Shown here one piece after another: positions 10,855-25,800 of a DNA stretch of 64,000 nucleotides. The notes below the pieces were generated by a model, which saw only the letters and a list, made by a program, of their open reading frames with translations, had not been told where the DNA came from and made no database searches. The stretch covers positions 8,980,213-9,044,212 of the forward strand of contig OZ234493.1 of assembly GCA_965153455.1 (NCBI GenBank), written 5' to 3'. The stretch's first letter is position 1. Each line of letters starts with the position of its first letter. Source of the stretch: Sphagnum compactum. Its lineage: Eukaryota. The position numbers and the translations under genes were made by a program.

Positions 10855-13800
10855 CTAAAAACTTGCATTCGGCTGGTCTCCAGCCAAAAGCACTGAGATC
10901 TCCAGACCTCTACTAAATGCTTGGTTGAATACAAGGCGGGTCTGGAAGGTGGACATGAAGGGAAACCATGAGAGCAATGCAATTGGAATGAATATTATCA
11001 TCCCCATGCAAGCATCGTATAATCGTGCAATTCCACGCACTGACTTCCATAGCCCAACCCTTTCCACCACAGGCCTGACAGCTATTGCAATCTGTCCACA
11101 CAAACAGAGTTCCAACAGTACCACCACTTTGTAAGCCAAAATTATTGTGAGATGGTTTTGCCATAGTGTTGTGTTACATACCTGTAATGACTCGCCCAGG
11201 ATCAACATCCTTCCTGTGGGGTATGAAACGTACCATAATATCCTAACTTATATCCTAACAGTGGGGTCAGACACTGGTCTATGACTTTAATTTACTGATT
11301 AAGGTTCAGCCCTGATACATATCTCCAGGTAAAAACAAGTGGTTGGTGTAAAATGGTAGCTGAAAATCAAACTCAGAAGTGGACTTGACAAAAATCAAAC
11401 CAGTAGGTAGGTACAGTGAATAGAAACTAAAGTCATCACATCATGACAAATCTACAAGGATTCACCACAACAAAACGGGGACCAAAAAACTATTGATAGG
11501 TGTGATACTTACAGAGAGAAGGCCCCAGCCTGTTGGTATGAGAGCCAGCCCAGCTGCAAACATGTCACCAACCGTAAGAGCTGTATCTGCAAGAGCGAAG
11601 GACAGACCACCAATGCACACCAAAAACAGCACTCCCTGAAACAGCCTGACTAGCAACTGGAAGTTTGCTGATGCTTTCTTGCTCAATGTAAAACCCTGTC
11701 ATTCCCCATCAACAAGCATACATTAAAGAGTATCCCAGTCTGGGAATGGCCTCGTAGCGAGTTTAATCTTGCACTAAGACAACATTTGTACTATCACAGA
11801 GTATTCTAGAACTCAGTTTCAAATACATGCAAATCAAAAGAATTTCCAGAGAATGCAACAAGGCATTTGATACCAGATCAATTGGGTAATGCCTTAAGAC
11901 CTAAGAGGCTGGCAACTGTTCATCAGCATCACAAGTAATAACTTATTGCTCTTGTTTAAATGATGGATCAGTTTTTTGCTTTTGGCATTTCATTGCACCT
12001 GAAAGTGTAACATAATCCACCACACATTTTTTCCAAATTCAAGGTTTACTAGGCATCCCATGTCATATATATAAACCTGCAGCATTAGTGTATGAAGTAT
12101 ATGCACATCCATTCTTGTGACAAATGTCTTTTGATGTACTTACACAATAAGGACAAACTGCAGAAAATTAACATTTACAGTCAAACCATAAGTTACTCAA
12201 ATTTCCAACAATGTTAAAATCAATCCCATGAAATGCAGTTATATACCCATATGGGCAGCTATGGGTTAAACCTTAAGAGGTGATTGCCAACTATGTTCTC
12301 CCTGTTACATAAGTTTAAAAGTATCCACCTCCAAAAGGCAGTAGCCCCATGGGTGAAGAGAGCCACAGCACACTAAATTGGCAAACTCCAGGTCATTCTT
12401 GTTTAACACTCAACCCATCTTCAGAGGCCATTGCCACTCACTGAAAGTGCTGCAATTTCCAGTTTGCAGCAGCAGCTCAAATATATATGTTCCAATACAT
12501 GCCTACCGATTTAAGTTTCAATGTCTAACAGAAAACAATAACAGTACTACCCAGACATACCTTAAAAAGGAGCAGTACCCCCGCCAGCACTACCCAGGAG
12601 AACCCATATACCTGCCATGTCCATGTCCCCGTCAATATTCAAATTGATAGGAAAAAAGTGAAAAGTTGTGACCAGTATGACAGGTACTCACATTGAAGTT
12701 TTTATCACGGCCAGTAACATGGAGGGCGTATACAACACCATACTGGATTATAAAAAAGCGAAAACTCAATATACACTCCCAAATGCGACCTCTTGTTGTT
12801 TGAATGTGTGCATGCTCCTCATTCCACCAAGCTTCCCAGCTCTTTAAACCCTTGTCACCTATACCCCCCTTGTAGAATAACCAGTTCGTCCAATCCTCAA
12901 AATCCTTCACTGTCCTACATGGGCAACCAAATAAAAACAATTGCTCAATACATTCGTAATGGAAGATGTGGCAGCAAAAGCTGCATGTGCTAAATACAAC
13001 TTCTCTATGCATGTGAGGAACAATTGTGTCAGTTTCCACAAAACCAAAACAAAATGAACTGCTTCCCAAACAGACAAACTTAGGAAAATGGAGTAAAATG
13101 GAGTTATACAGCAGACCAATTTAAGAGAAGTGAAGCAGAGAGTACACACTTTTGCCACTCAAATCCTGAAGGATTAAAGATGTATGGAGCATATAGCCAA
13201 GAGATAGCGAGAAACCAACTGCTAAAAGTGAGTAAAATATAGCTGACTGATGTTCGACTTTGAGCTCCATATGCCCTATAGACTATCAACAACATTATAA
13301 TCTCCATCCTGCAGGAAACAATTACAGGTAAGTTTAAGCATGTAATTCTTCACCACATGACCAACCAAAGAAGACATGGAATTGGGAGTGTGCATTAAGC
13401 ATATGGATCGGCAGAAAAGGATCACAGTTATATGCAAAGCCAACATATGCCAGTAATGCAGGACATAGACCTAAAGGAAGTTAGCAAAAGGGAAATACTG
13501 ATTAATGACACAGGAAGAGATATCTACAATAGCCAGGCCTCAATTTGGATTATCAAAAGAGCTGAATGCCAAATGGAAGAAAGGTTGCATCTTACGCTTT
13601 AACAAAATGGCTACGAGAGTATAAACGATAGTTCTCTGCAAATGGAATGTGTTCCACAACAAACCCTCTTCCTGTGGACCGATACTGCACACAATGATAC
13701 TGCATGTCATTCTTTTGCACAGCTGCCTCTTCACTGGAAAGATAAATCCTAAGTGCAAGCAACAACACACTTCTTATCTATATCATTTAGCTCTCTCCAT

Positions 13801-16800
13801 GCTCCAAAAGAATAATCGGGGCTAACCTTCGCACCCCCATGAAGAATGGTCCGCCCAAAGTAGTGTGTTCGTGTTCCCAGTGAAAATGTGAAGAACACTG
13901 AACTTAACTGTAGTTGCATAGTGCAGAAGCTAATTACAGCCTGTGATCATATACAACATAAGACTTGGCAGGTTATGCACCTTTCCCCTTACACAGATTC
14001 GCAAAACAAGAACAGGATGGAGCTAGAGAACTCTTCCCACTGTGTAAACTTCAGGAAATCAAAATAAATGACACTGATAAGAAACAAGAAACTGAATTGT
14101 AATCAACCCACAACGGAAATAATATGATATGATACACAAAGAACTCTGAGGGGCTCATGCACCCAACATACAAAACAAAATTCAGAAACTCTAGATGCTA
14201 ACTGGACCTATGAGGACGCATAGTGCTTACAGTGAAAACACCCTGCTCCAGGAGGAAGTTCATAATCATGGGTACTGCCGTGAAAACACCAATCTGGAAC
14301 AGAAATTGGGTGTTGAGGGCTGTTTGCAGTGCAGCATTACTAAGGATGTTGCCTGCAGTTAATGATGCCTCCACTCCTGATAATGCCTGTTTCAGCATTA
14401 CAGAGTCAGTCAGCTATTATGCCACCAATAAGGTACTAAGATAAATAGTTTGAAAGCAACAACATGCCTTAAAAACTTACCAGATATACTTTGCCATAGA
14501 GGAATGCATAAACTGTCAGAACCGTCATCTGTATAAAAAGAAAATTGGATGAGTGTTTGAGCTTCATCAAGGCTTGAAGGTAAAACTGAGGAAGATAATA
14601 ACTCTCATGAGCATAAAGAAATCTCCATACTCATTATTAAGAAAGCCAGAACAAGGTTTAAACTTCTCCTTCTAAATCCAAGGAAGACTTCCAGATAAGG
14701 ACTTACAGAAATGGGAAGAAAGAATGACAAAAAAGGGACAAAACTAGAAAGAGAAAAAAAGACTGAAGAAAAGTTGACATTGAGGATGAAAAACATGCAT
14801 CTAAGACAAGGACCAGATGCTATACAAGAAACACCAACAGTCACAGTTATTGCTCCAATCAATAAAGTACCAAGTTACTAACTACAAAGATCCTCTATTA
14901 GCCAGAAAGATAAATGCAATCTGGAAATTCCACATATGACATCAGCATCCAACCAGCTGGGACTGAAAAGAGTCACACTGACACCTACCATTGTTGTCAC
15001 ATAGAAACCCACAGAAGTAAAGAAGAAGGACAGCATCCGGAAAAGGTCAAAGAGTTGGCCTAATCGGTAAACATCACGACTCAGAGTTTGCTCTCCATTG
15101 CCTGAGGCCACTTTGGCTTCAAATGCAGCAATTTGATTCAACCCCACATCTCGTCCTTTTCCAACCTGCAAAACTACCCCAATACTTAGAAACAAGTCTA
15201 GTTCCATTGTACAAAACAACACATTCACATTGCATAAATCAATTCTATAAGCAGAACAACTCTACATTCAATTTGCAACAGATACAGTAGCAGGGCTTCC
15301 CATGTACAAGTACCTGAATGTATTCATGATGGGTGATGTTGCCTTGACGAAGTGTAGAGTTGAACCCTGTGAAAAAAAATTTCAAAATTGTTCACATAGT
15401 TGTCACATGTGGGACACTAGAGCTCAGAATTCCATAAGGGGAAAATTTGTAGAAAAAAAAACCCAGAATGGATATTATTCAGGCACCAATAGACCCAGAT
15501 CATTGTTGGAACACATGATGTGTTTGAAGATCACCAACACCATAATTGAAGTGAGCTCAAGCTAGGTCATAGACCCAAACCTGCAAAAATATCTTCACTG
15601 AGATTGATGCCCTTTGATGGTTTGCTGATTCCACCCCTTGATATATGAAACAGTCTGTCAAAAACATCTGGATGCCCATAATGCATCCTTACCCTGTGTA
15701 CCCACAGATGCATTATCAGTATCCACTTGATTAACAAAGCAATTACTGGTATGTAGGTCAAACATGCAACAAGACCCTTAACCCTAAACCCTAAGACCTA
15801 CATAGACAAATTCAACTCACATCTATTGCATAGTACTGACCGTCTTGTAGGCACTGGCTTTTAGAAACAGTCCCAGGGGGAATTTACTAAAACTATAAGG
15901 CATTTCTCACTGTTAGAAGAGATATTGGAGTATTAGCATACACAAAAGGAAACAGCTACTTGTTTATGTGTCCAGACCAGGCAACACATCACTGCCCAAA
16001 AAAACTATTTCACATCTAGGGACCAAATGGCACATATGAACACATTACTTGGAGATCATCACGTTTTTCAAAGCCCTTGAGTCATGACTGAAATAGTAGA
16101 TTAACATACAGTCATTCCAAAGTTTAAAGAGCAAGAAAAGAAGAATAAGCCAGGAGGATCTCACTTGAGTGGCCGAGCCAGCACGCGCTGCCCTATTGTC
16201 ACAAAACTGCTCTCTTGCAGCGACATAAACCATGCCAATGAAGACACACTGTACCCAATACAAAATTCAAAATATCACACCATGCAACTAGAACACATGG
16301 GCTAAATGAAAAGCAGCAGTATCAGTTGCAGTCACACTCCAATGCACACAGAACTCTGTTATATCCCATTGCCTCCTGCAAGACATCCTGAAGGAGCAAG
16401 AGCACTAGACATAGTATGTAACACAAGCACACTGAAATGACACAGGACATATAAACTGGTTTAAACATAAATTTATTGTCTTCAGCTTTTCACCTTCCTG
16501 TGAAGACGTGTTCCCGCACACCAAGAATAGTGGGACGTCGACGACCATGTTTGTCTGAGTCAAACTCTTCCAGAAGGTTTCTCATCTTGAATGCTTCCTC
16601 CATATAGTTTTCCTACAAAGCTCAAATACAACAAAATAATTCCAGATTGTCTTTTGAAAGGAGTGGACAGACTTGAACATGCAATTTGGAGCCAAACAAT
16701 AAGAATTAAGCCAACCTGGTTCATATCAATTGTTTGAAGAGCATCACCACGTGTGAAGATAATTGCATGGTTTTGATTCTCTGGCTTGCCCTCTCCCAGC

Positions 16801-19800
16801 AGGAATTTACCAGGCAACTTAATTGAGTAGATCTCCTGCAGTTAAGAAATAATACAAACACACAGGAAAAAGCTTGATTTCCAACACCATAGTTAATGCC
16901 CAACTAGATGATAAAAAATGTCACACCCATTACAGCCTGCATCATGTTCCATCCAGCAAGTATCCTTCCAAGATCTTAGTTGTAGGTTCCAACAAATCCT
17001 CCAAAACTGGAGGAAAAAGGAAGAAGTCACTACAGTTGAAACTCATATTCCCATAAAAGCAAGTTGTAAAACCTTGGTAGCACATTGCAGAAATTGATCA
17101 GTTTGAAGTTGTGATCAATGAGAAGAGTACCTGATCTTTTCCACTTGGGTCGGCTTTGACAAGCTTGGAATAATATTCAGATTGCTTCCCATCCTTGCCC
17201 TTTTTCACCACATGGATGTAAGCAATCCTCAATGAGTCATTCCTGCCAATGCAATGTACATACATATTGAATTCTCCAGCAAATGTCAAAATAAAAAGAT
17301 ATCTTCACAAGTACTGAGAATTTCTCCATACTTATGACTTTTAGTTAACACAAATAGAATTGAGGGATGTTCGAACAATGAGGATATAGGCCAAAATAAA
17401 AGACAGAGCACCAGAGGAAATTGATGAGCTGTTGATGCACCAAAAATCAACTGCTAAAAAGAAAGGACCCTAATATTTGGAAATCCAGGTTCCAGCCACC
17501 ACAAGTCAAGAGCAAAGTACAAGAGAACTATCCATATTGAAAACTCACTTCTGCATTAAAAATGAGATATCAGCTGCCTTCTCTTGATCCTCCTTCTTGG
17601 AACTGGACCTCTGAGATCCATAAATCTGGGCACTTACAACATATGTGAACTTGAGCTCTGCTTGGGCTTGAGCACTTCGTCTGGAAGCCCCTTCTGAGGT
17701 CATTGGTGATGCTAGCCCCTGCTCTTCATCTTCACACATAGACACAGATCAATGGATTGTTGCATCAGTGGCCTTCCCTGGACAGGAACACACCAGCACA
17801 TCAGAAAGCTCTCAATTGTGGAATGTAAAACCATCTGAAGAATATATTCTTCCAACATGTTTGAACCAACCTTGCAATGCAGAATGATAATTTGACAAGA
17901 GAAAGTGAGTTGGGACTGAAAGCACAAAAAAATTTGCCTAAGAACAAGCACTGGGAATCACATGGGAACTGATACTAAGATGAAGACCTAAGAGATCTGT
18001 CTTAAACGCCCCTTCTTCAGCCGCCTGCAAGATGAGAGCCCTTTTATAGTACATCATCCCCCGAACTGTAATACAACACAAAATTAATCTGTCAGCATAA
18101 CTGCTCAGAATTTTGTTATCTGACAATGAATTATTTGATCGTGAACTCTTGGGTTTCAACCCAACAACTATCCTCCAGGCCAATCTGCTACTTTATTTCA
18201 GTACCTATTTAGCAGAAAAAATACGGAACCCCACAAGAAACTGCCACATGATGATGCAGTGTTCAGAAGGTCCCGAATGAGCCATGTGTTAAATTCTCCT
18301 TGTGAAAAATGTGGTGATGATTTGAATGGTTTGCCCTTGGAATTTTACCAATGACATTATTTACCTACTGCAAGCTGTACTGCAAGCAATATTGCAATGC
18401 AAATTGATCCCATTCAATGATCTGGATGGTTAACGGCGCTGACCTGTCCGTGCCAGAGTCTGGCCTCGATAAGACGCCCAGAGGCGCAACTCACGCGTAT
18501 CTTTTATGTCATCTTCTGTTTTCTTGTATAGATCATCCTCCTTAACAAGAGGAAGCATCCTTTCCTTGAAATTTGTCCAATCATCTGTGGAGATCATCAC
18601 AAGTTGAAACCAGGCACAATGGATTAAGACATAAACATTCCACATATGATATTAAGACTTGCATGACATAGAGCCTTGATAGTGACAGCATTCTTAATTT
18701 TATTACCTCTTCCAATATTTGTCAAGGGTGTGCTCAACCCTGGGATTGCCAAATCAACTCAATGCAAAACACTGAGATGCAACCATAAGACTAACCATAT
18801 CAATCTACATCACAAAAGTTGGGACATAGGTGTGGAGTGCAGTTACCGGGAAATATTTTTTGTAGATAAAACAAGGTGGTGATTCCATCAATATTTTTCT
18901 TGTTCAATTGGACTAGACTATACATCACATCTTCCTCATAGTATGGAGTGAACACACTGCATGAACAACATCACCCAATTCTGTATTAAGTACAGTGCTT
19001 TTCACCAGCTTCCAAAGGCTGGCTCCTAAATGTCTGCTCTGAGACATTTCTGCCTGACCCGGCGTACCATGCGTGTTTTTGAGTTGGAACATAACTATTT
19101 AAGCTCCCTAGGCTGAAAATTGTTTGTACAAATATTCATCTCCTGAGGGGCAGTCTAACTATAATCAACACACTGGATCTCATCATAACTCCAAAGTTAG
19201 AACCCACTCTACGCTTAAGCTGAAAATTGTCTTAGGATGGGTGAAATCCCAAGACAATGGTGTCACATAGACAAACAGAGCACACATCCTAAAGGAAGAA
19301 GTACCCTGGGTGGCACAAGGGGAAGACTTTCTATGTAATGCTTGCTCCACATAGCTCAGATCAAAGATTTTTCTTCATCTTTATCTTTTATCTCTTCTCA
19401 TCTTAAGGCAGCATTATACAATGAGTGCCCGGATCAAAGGAGCATACAGTTACGACTCACCTGAAGGCAAGCATTTTGCGAACTGATGGTGACTCAGGAA
19501 TATTCATGAAGAGGGAGTTGGTGAAATACTGCAAGCGTCGTCGTGCTTCCAGGTTGCTAGGGACACTTAATGCAGAATCCTTGATTGAGAGAATATAGTG
19601 GAGTCTACTTACAAGCATTTTCTGTTTGTCCAAGCAAAAGGATTAACAACCAAACCACACTTCAACGGCAAAACTTGCCCAACAACTCAAATCTCCACTC
19701 CAGAATTATCACAAAAGAACCTGAAGATCTAAAGCATGATGCAAAGAAATCAAACATGGTTATGAGACTTTGAACATCATATATACTTGGATTGGAGACC

Positions 19801-22800
19801 TCACCTCCTTGTCAGAAGGCCAGGTTAGACCACTAAAAAGCTGCCCCTTTTGTTTCGCAGCAAGATGTGCAGCATTTCCACAAGTAGCCCTGTAGTGGCA
19901 GTTAACAAGTTAAAATTGTGCCAGCATTGGACAACATAAAGATGGTTTAGAGTTCACAAACCATATCCACAAAAGAGCTCAGACCACACTCAATTGTGAT
20001 CAACAGAATCCAAATTTGTTCACAGAAACTGTCAAATGAAGAAAGGAAGAGGTCACCAAACCTGACATTCTGATCAGTGATAAAGTCATGCATGACCACT
20101 TCATACAGATCTACCAACGCCCGCCGTGCAGCAGAATGCATCTCACTTATCTCCTGTTCCCTCTCTTTCTCATCTTTCTTTTCTGCCTCTTTCACCTGGA
20201 AATAGAGAATATGAAAAATCTAGAAGCAAGTCCAACAAATCGTACAAATCAAAGCTGATTTTCAATGAAAGTCTGGATGGTTTACCAGAACTGCAGTGAG
20301 CTTTGCGGTTTTGTCAAGCACAGTTCCTAGCTTTTTCAAGTCAAATTTGCAGAAATTCTGATCAATGTCGATACCAAACTCCCCTTTCTCAATAGCAAGA
20401 TCCATTTCACGGAATACATCTTCAACCCTGCCACCAAGATGCTCAATAATGAGTAACAGAAATTAAAATGAATAAACCCAACCTCTTGCAGCCTAGGACA
20501 GGCACAAAATGTTGGAGGGACAGTAACTGGGTTCTTCCTGATTCCACTGAGCATTGACTTTTTTCACAATTTTTCCTCTCTAAAAAATGTTTTCAGTGAC
20601 CAATATTGGACCGGTGAGCACCTCATGGTGAACAAGCACATTTTAATGGGAGGGTACAGAACAAACCAGTGATGTCCATCTTCATTCAATAATGCTGACA
20701 AAACAACCTGCAAGCTTTCATATGCCTCTTGCACAGCATATGCCAAGTATAGGTCATTCTTCATCCTTTCCCACAGCTCATCCTGTGTAGCATACTTGGT
20801 CTCACTCAAAATGTCTTTTGCAACATAAACCTGTGCCCAAAAGTTCTCAAAAGGAAACATCAGTCCTTCAGAGACCTTCAGTCTAAAGAGTCCTCTGCCA
20901 TTTCATACGCATGTTGGCTGAAAGATTGATACCTAGTCTCCTTGGTATAGATTATCCAAACAAATCCACTAACCTACCAGAACTAATTGAGCAGATACAA
21001 GCACAAGACAGCAACAAAGTGGAGGATTTAAGTCTACTAATCCTATGAATCCCCAGGTCTTACATGTAAAGATTCACTTCACATATATGAACATTCTGCC
21101 CAACAAGAATCTTAGTGTGCAATAGCCAGTGCAGACCTTATTGGCAAGTAAGAACAGGGGCCACTGGACCAAGGATTGTTGTGGATGTGTCCTTGAGGTG
21201 GTGATCTTATTGTCAGGCATCATCAATAGCAATTTCTCTCTGAAAGAAAATGAGGAAAGACATATCAATTTGCATGCTCAAGACATGGATCCAATAGAAA
21301 CTGAGAAACTTATTAAACTTCACTAAAAACAAGGCAAAGAGCAACACATCTGCAGAAGAGTTCTCATGACATGGATTTCCAATTATGTCTGAAAACAAAG
21401 CATAGTACCTGTTACTGATGAGGTCTTCTTCTCGGAGACAAACAATTATCTCATTCCAAAGTGGAGCAAACCTAATTGCATTCTCCTTCTCCTTAACAGC
21501 CTGCAGGGTTCCATCAGGAAAATCAGAACATTGAGCTGGCAGACATAAACCTGATAAGAGGTGCTGCAAATAGTTTCATCAACACAATATCCCAAGAGCT
21601 GCTTAGTCATGAGCAATTCTCTACCACAAAATGTTATATGAATATTAGCTCTGACAGTGGTTTGTAGTATGATTAGATCCCTGCAGTGACACAATACAAG
21701 ACTGCCTGGAGTTCAGAAACTGGTCTTCATGAAAACACAGGAGGAGAAAACCATGCAAAGGTAAGCCAACACACCTCAGCACCCATGGATATACTTCGTG
21801 GTCTACACAGCCAACACAAGGGGACCAGTCAGAACTAATGCAGCAGAAAGTGTTTAATTGACAGTTACAAGAGGTACTCTATGCTTTGTTCATCATTGTC
21901 CCTTCCATTCAGCTACATAGTGATAAGAAAAACATCTTCAGAAGCACTAATTTCTTACAGTTCAGAGGTCTTGGTTGGCTGCATGTGCTTCACAAATGCT
22001 TCTGGAAAGGTAGTAAACCGCTGTCGCAACGTATCTAAGGACCGAATCTGCTCACATCAATGAGTGTTAGGGGAGGAACAGAATGACCTCCTAATATCTG
22101 TGGCAAGAGAGACATCCTCAATTGCGCTTGACTGCAATTTGTATGTGTTTGCGTTAACACACATCTGCAAAGGATTTTCAAATGCCTCCAACACAAAAGT
22201 TCTTACCCACAGGTCTGTGTCCCACACAAGATTCATGATGAGAAAAAATAGTAGACTTACCTCTCCAAGACCCATTCTTGCACCCTCCAGTGCTCCAACA
22301 AGGGCAGACATCACTGTATACCACACTTGAGTATCCAGAAAATAAATCTGTAGATCCAGTTTCTCAACTTATATCACTATGATTGCTGTCACTTGACTAG
22401 AGACTTTAGCAACTCCCTGTCAGTTCCCAGAGGACTTAATTCTACTTTTGAAATTAATATATTGGCACAACAGGGACAAGAACTGGCACATGTAGCCAAA
22501 ACAATGGCTGTTCCATCTGTAGATACTGTGAAATTTGACAATACTCTTGACATTCACCAAAAATCCAAGATCTTTCAGGAGTCTAATGGTCACATTCTCA
22601 CATAGCTGTACAGTGTTTCCAGTCTGATAAGGTGTACATGACAGAAACAAGTGATAATGTGCAGCAACACGAAACTAGCTGCAACATATTCTTCTTTAGC
22701 TGGTGTTAGAACCTATTGACTTTTGAGTATTGAAGTACTTCTAAACAAAAGACCACTGTCTCAGTCAAACATGGAGCATAAGATCAAGATGTAAGAGGTT

Positions 22801-25800
22801 TACCATAACCACTGGAGCCCACAATGACAAAAGTGTGAGCGCATTATGGTTACCTGTCCCACAAATATTTCAAGGTCAACATCAGTACTGTTCCAGCTCT
22901 CACTGTTGTTTCAGCCAACACTATTTTGGTCAACCAGTTCTTTTTTCCAAATCCAATTCAGTAGTAAAATTGGAACACTGGCTTCAGGACTAGTGACATT
23001 AGACTGGACCAGCAAATCCTCTGTGCAATATATGAAGTGGGAAAACAAGTAAGCTTGTTGAAGTTGCAGAGAAATCTCCACAACAACAATTAAAGGTAAC
23101 ACAACAATGAGTGCAGTCATAACCTCATGAGAGTCGCTCACAAAGTGACAGACCATCACCTTCATCACGAACAGCAGTGACGAGCTGCCATGACTACCCA
23201 CCGAGTTTATCAGCTCCCAACAGTGGGTGTAGATAAGCATCTAATAATCTTCCCAAAAACTTGGGCAAACCATTATATCTGCATCCTGAGTTTCTGTTGC
23301 CTTTCCAGAAGCAATGGGAAGACTCACACGTGATGCTGGCTAGCACTCAAGAGACATTGCTAATCAAAAAAAGTCAATAGTATCCTTATTCAAGCGCAAC
23401 AAGCTTCTGAAGGAAAGAGCTTTTATTTCATTTTAGCATGTCCCTGTATATGCAAGCATCTATGCCTAAAAGACATAGAGGCCTATATAGAGGGTAGTGG
23501 TTGGGGCCTCCTGCACCCTGAACATATCCTTTAAGCACACCACTGGTGACTACTTGGATGCAGAACATCCGCTAAAGCCACTAGAAAAAAGATTGATGAA
23601 GTTGCAGAGAAATCTCCACAACAACAATTAAAGGTAACACAACAATGAGTGCAGTCATAACAAGTAAGAGTACATACTCCTGGAGATGAGATCATGCCAT
23701 CGGTACTGGATGTTATGGAGCCCTATGATGATTCTTGTGGGTTTTACCATGGGTTTGATCTGAGGAATCAAGCCACAATATGTTAACGGCTTAAGAGAGA
23801 ATCAGTACAAAAAAATCAATCAGAGTTTTCCAGACCTTGGCTTGCTTCAAAAAAAGGTACCTGGAGAAAGTAGCTGAATGCAAACTTGCACAGCCCAATT
23901 AGCAACCAAAACATAGTGTACCTGTGCAATATAACATCACAATAAGTGAGGATTCAACTGTCCAGAATTTAAACAAAGATTAGGAAGAATGCATTTGAGG
24001 TAACCCCAAACTGGGACTGAGACCTTTCACTGAAGTAAAGAAGATTTTCAACACACCACCAACTGAACACATTTTCTCTGGCTACCACAAGCTTCTATCA
24101 GGTTCCACAGACATGAATTTGATTTTTCTAAATTACAATTGAATGCTAGCCACCACAAGTCGGTCAGTTAAGCATCAATTTGTCCACTCAACCCCACCTC
24201 TTCATTGCACACTTGCCCATTGACAGCATCAATAAGAGTGTATAAGGCATCTGGTAAAATGTGGTGCAAACACTGTTTATGGAAAAGCTCTAAAGTACAA
24301 CAAGGCATTTGTTGATGTGCACTCATGTCTACAAAGCTTTAAGGAAACAACCCTACAGGCAATATTAAGCCTCTAACAACTCCATCAACTTTTAAATCCA
24401 GCTATGTTTGAACATGAAACTTTAGTTTGTTGTCCAAGATGTGTACAAGCACAGAATGGAGAATTCTGAAAGATGCCTGCTATGAACAACGTTATCACAA
24501 AGCAAACAACTTAGCTTCAGTGCCCTCATGTCTAAAGGACCTAATGGAGTCTTGTTAATAGACATAGACTTAAATAAACATTAAGACATTTCTGTAAACA
24601 CATAAAGGCTCTAAGAGGACCCCCTTATATCTTTGTCTTCTCTGCAATTACTTATTGACCCTTTTACTGGAACATGTCAGTGTAAACATGGCAACATGAC
24701 CATGATCTGAGAAGTTCACCAATGATGAACTTCAGAATAGTTCTCAAGCTCATTGTAGGACATTGTTGGAATGGTGTAAAGACTCACTTGACATAATCAC
24801 TGGTCTTCTCATACATGCCACGACCAACATAATATCGTTCCTGGAATAAAATTACAACAGACAATAATAATTACAACACAAATAGACAGAAACCATGAGG
24901 TGAAGGAATGGTACAAATAAGTGTGACTTACAGCACGAGAATTAATGGCTCTAATCAATTTGGACCTCTGTGTAGTCTCATATTTTCATTAGAGATTTAA
25001 CATTAAAATTTAAAGCTTAGTAAAACAGGTGGTGAGGGAGGTTGACAAGTGCCAAGAGTACCTCCTTCACCCATTTGAAAAATTGAAGAAATGATACATC
25101 TGAGCATTTGTCAGCTTGTGAGCGCAAGAAGGGAATACGAAACAGCAATGCCAGAAAGAGTTGTATGCCACCATAAACTCCAAGAATCAAATAGTAGAGT
25201 GTGAACCAAGTATCTTTTGCTGGAGTCTTACTCTCCTCTATCAGTACCTTTCTGCCACAAAAACACCAAGCTTCAGGAAATGACAATTCCAATATAATTT
25301 ACATCTAGAATTATGTGGTGCATTCAGTATAGGAAAGACAGGTGTAACTAGGAACCTGCAAACACTGCAGAGACAATTCCATTACACGCAACCAGAAACA
25401 AGACCAATTGCAGCAAATGCTGCCAGAGCTATATCCACTCCACAAAATAGTTTGAAATAACTGAACTTACACATAAATGAACACAATGACAGCCGAAAGC
25501 AGAGCAAACCACAAGAAGCGAATGAGCATTCGGGCCACAGTTCGACCACGGGTGCTTCTATACGCTCCAAACATCAATACGACATCAAGCACACCTGCAC
25601 ACACATTGAAACCAAATGCAATTCAGGAGGACAGTTTCCAGTTCTACAAAAGACACAAACAAGTTGCTCATCATCCCCATGTTTAGAACATAAAATCCCA
25701 AGACACTTTGGGAGTGCAATGGGAAAGTAGAAAACGATATGGAAACTTCTGAAAACTGGAAGGATCAATATTCCTGACTAAACTGGGAACTGTAATGGGC

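Noticed and set aside
15773..15793. Telomere-like ACCCTTAACCCTAAACCCTAA in an intron
   Set aside because: It is too short to be an interstitial telomere, and such motifs are common in plant genomes.
22911..23240. Similar hydrophobic ORFs at 22911-23240 (-) and 42786-43094 (+) as a small membrane-protein family
   Set aside because: Both lie in introns within the dispersed repeat, and the other copies do not appear to keep this frame intact, so the similarity reflects repeat homology rather than genes.
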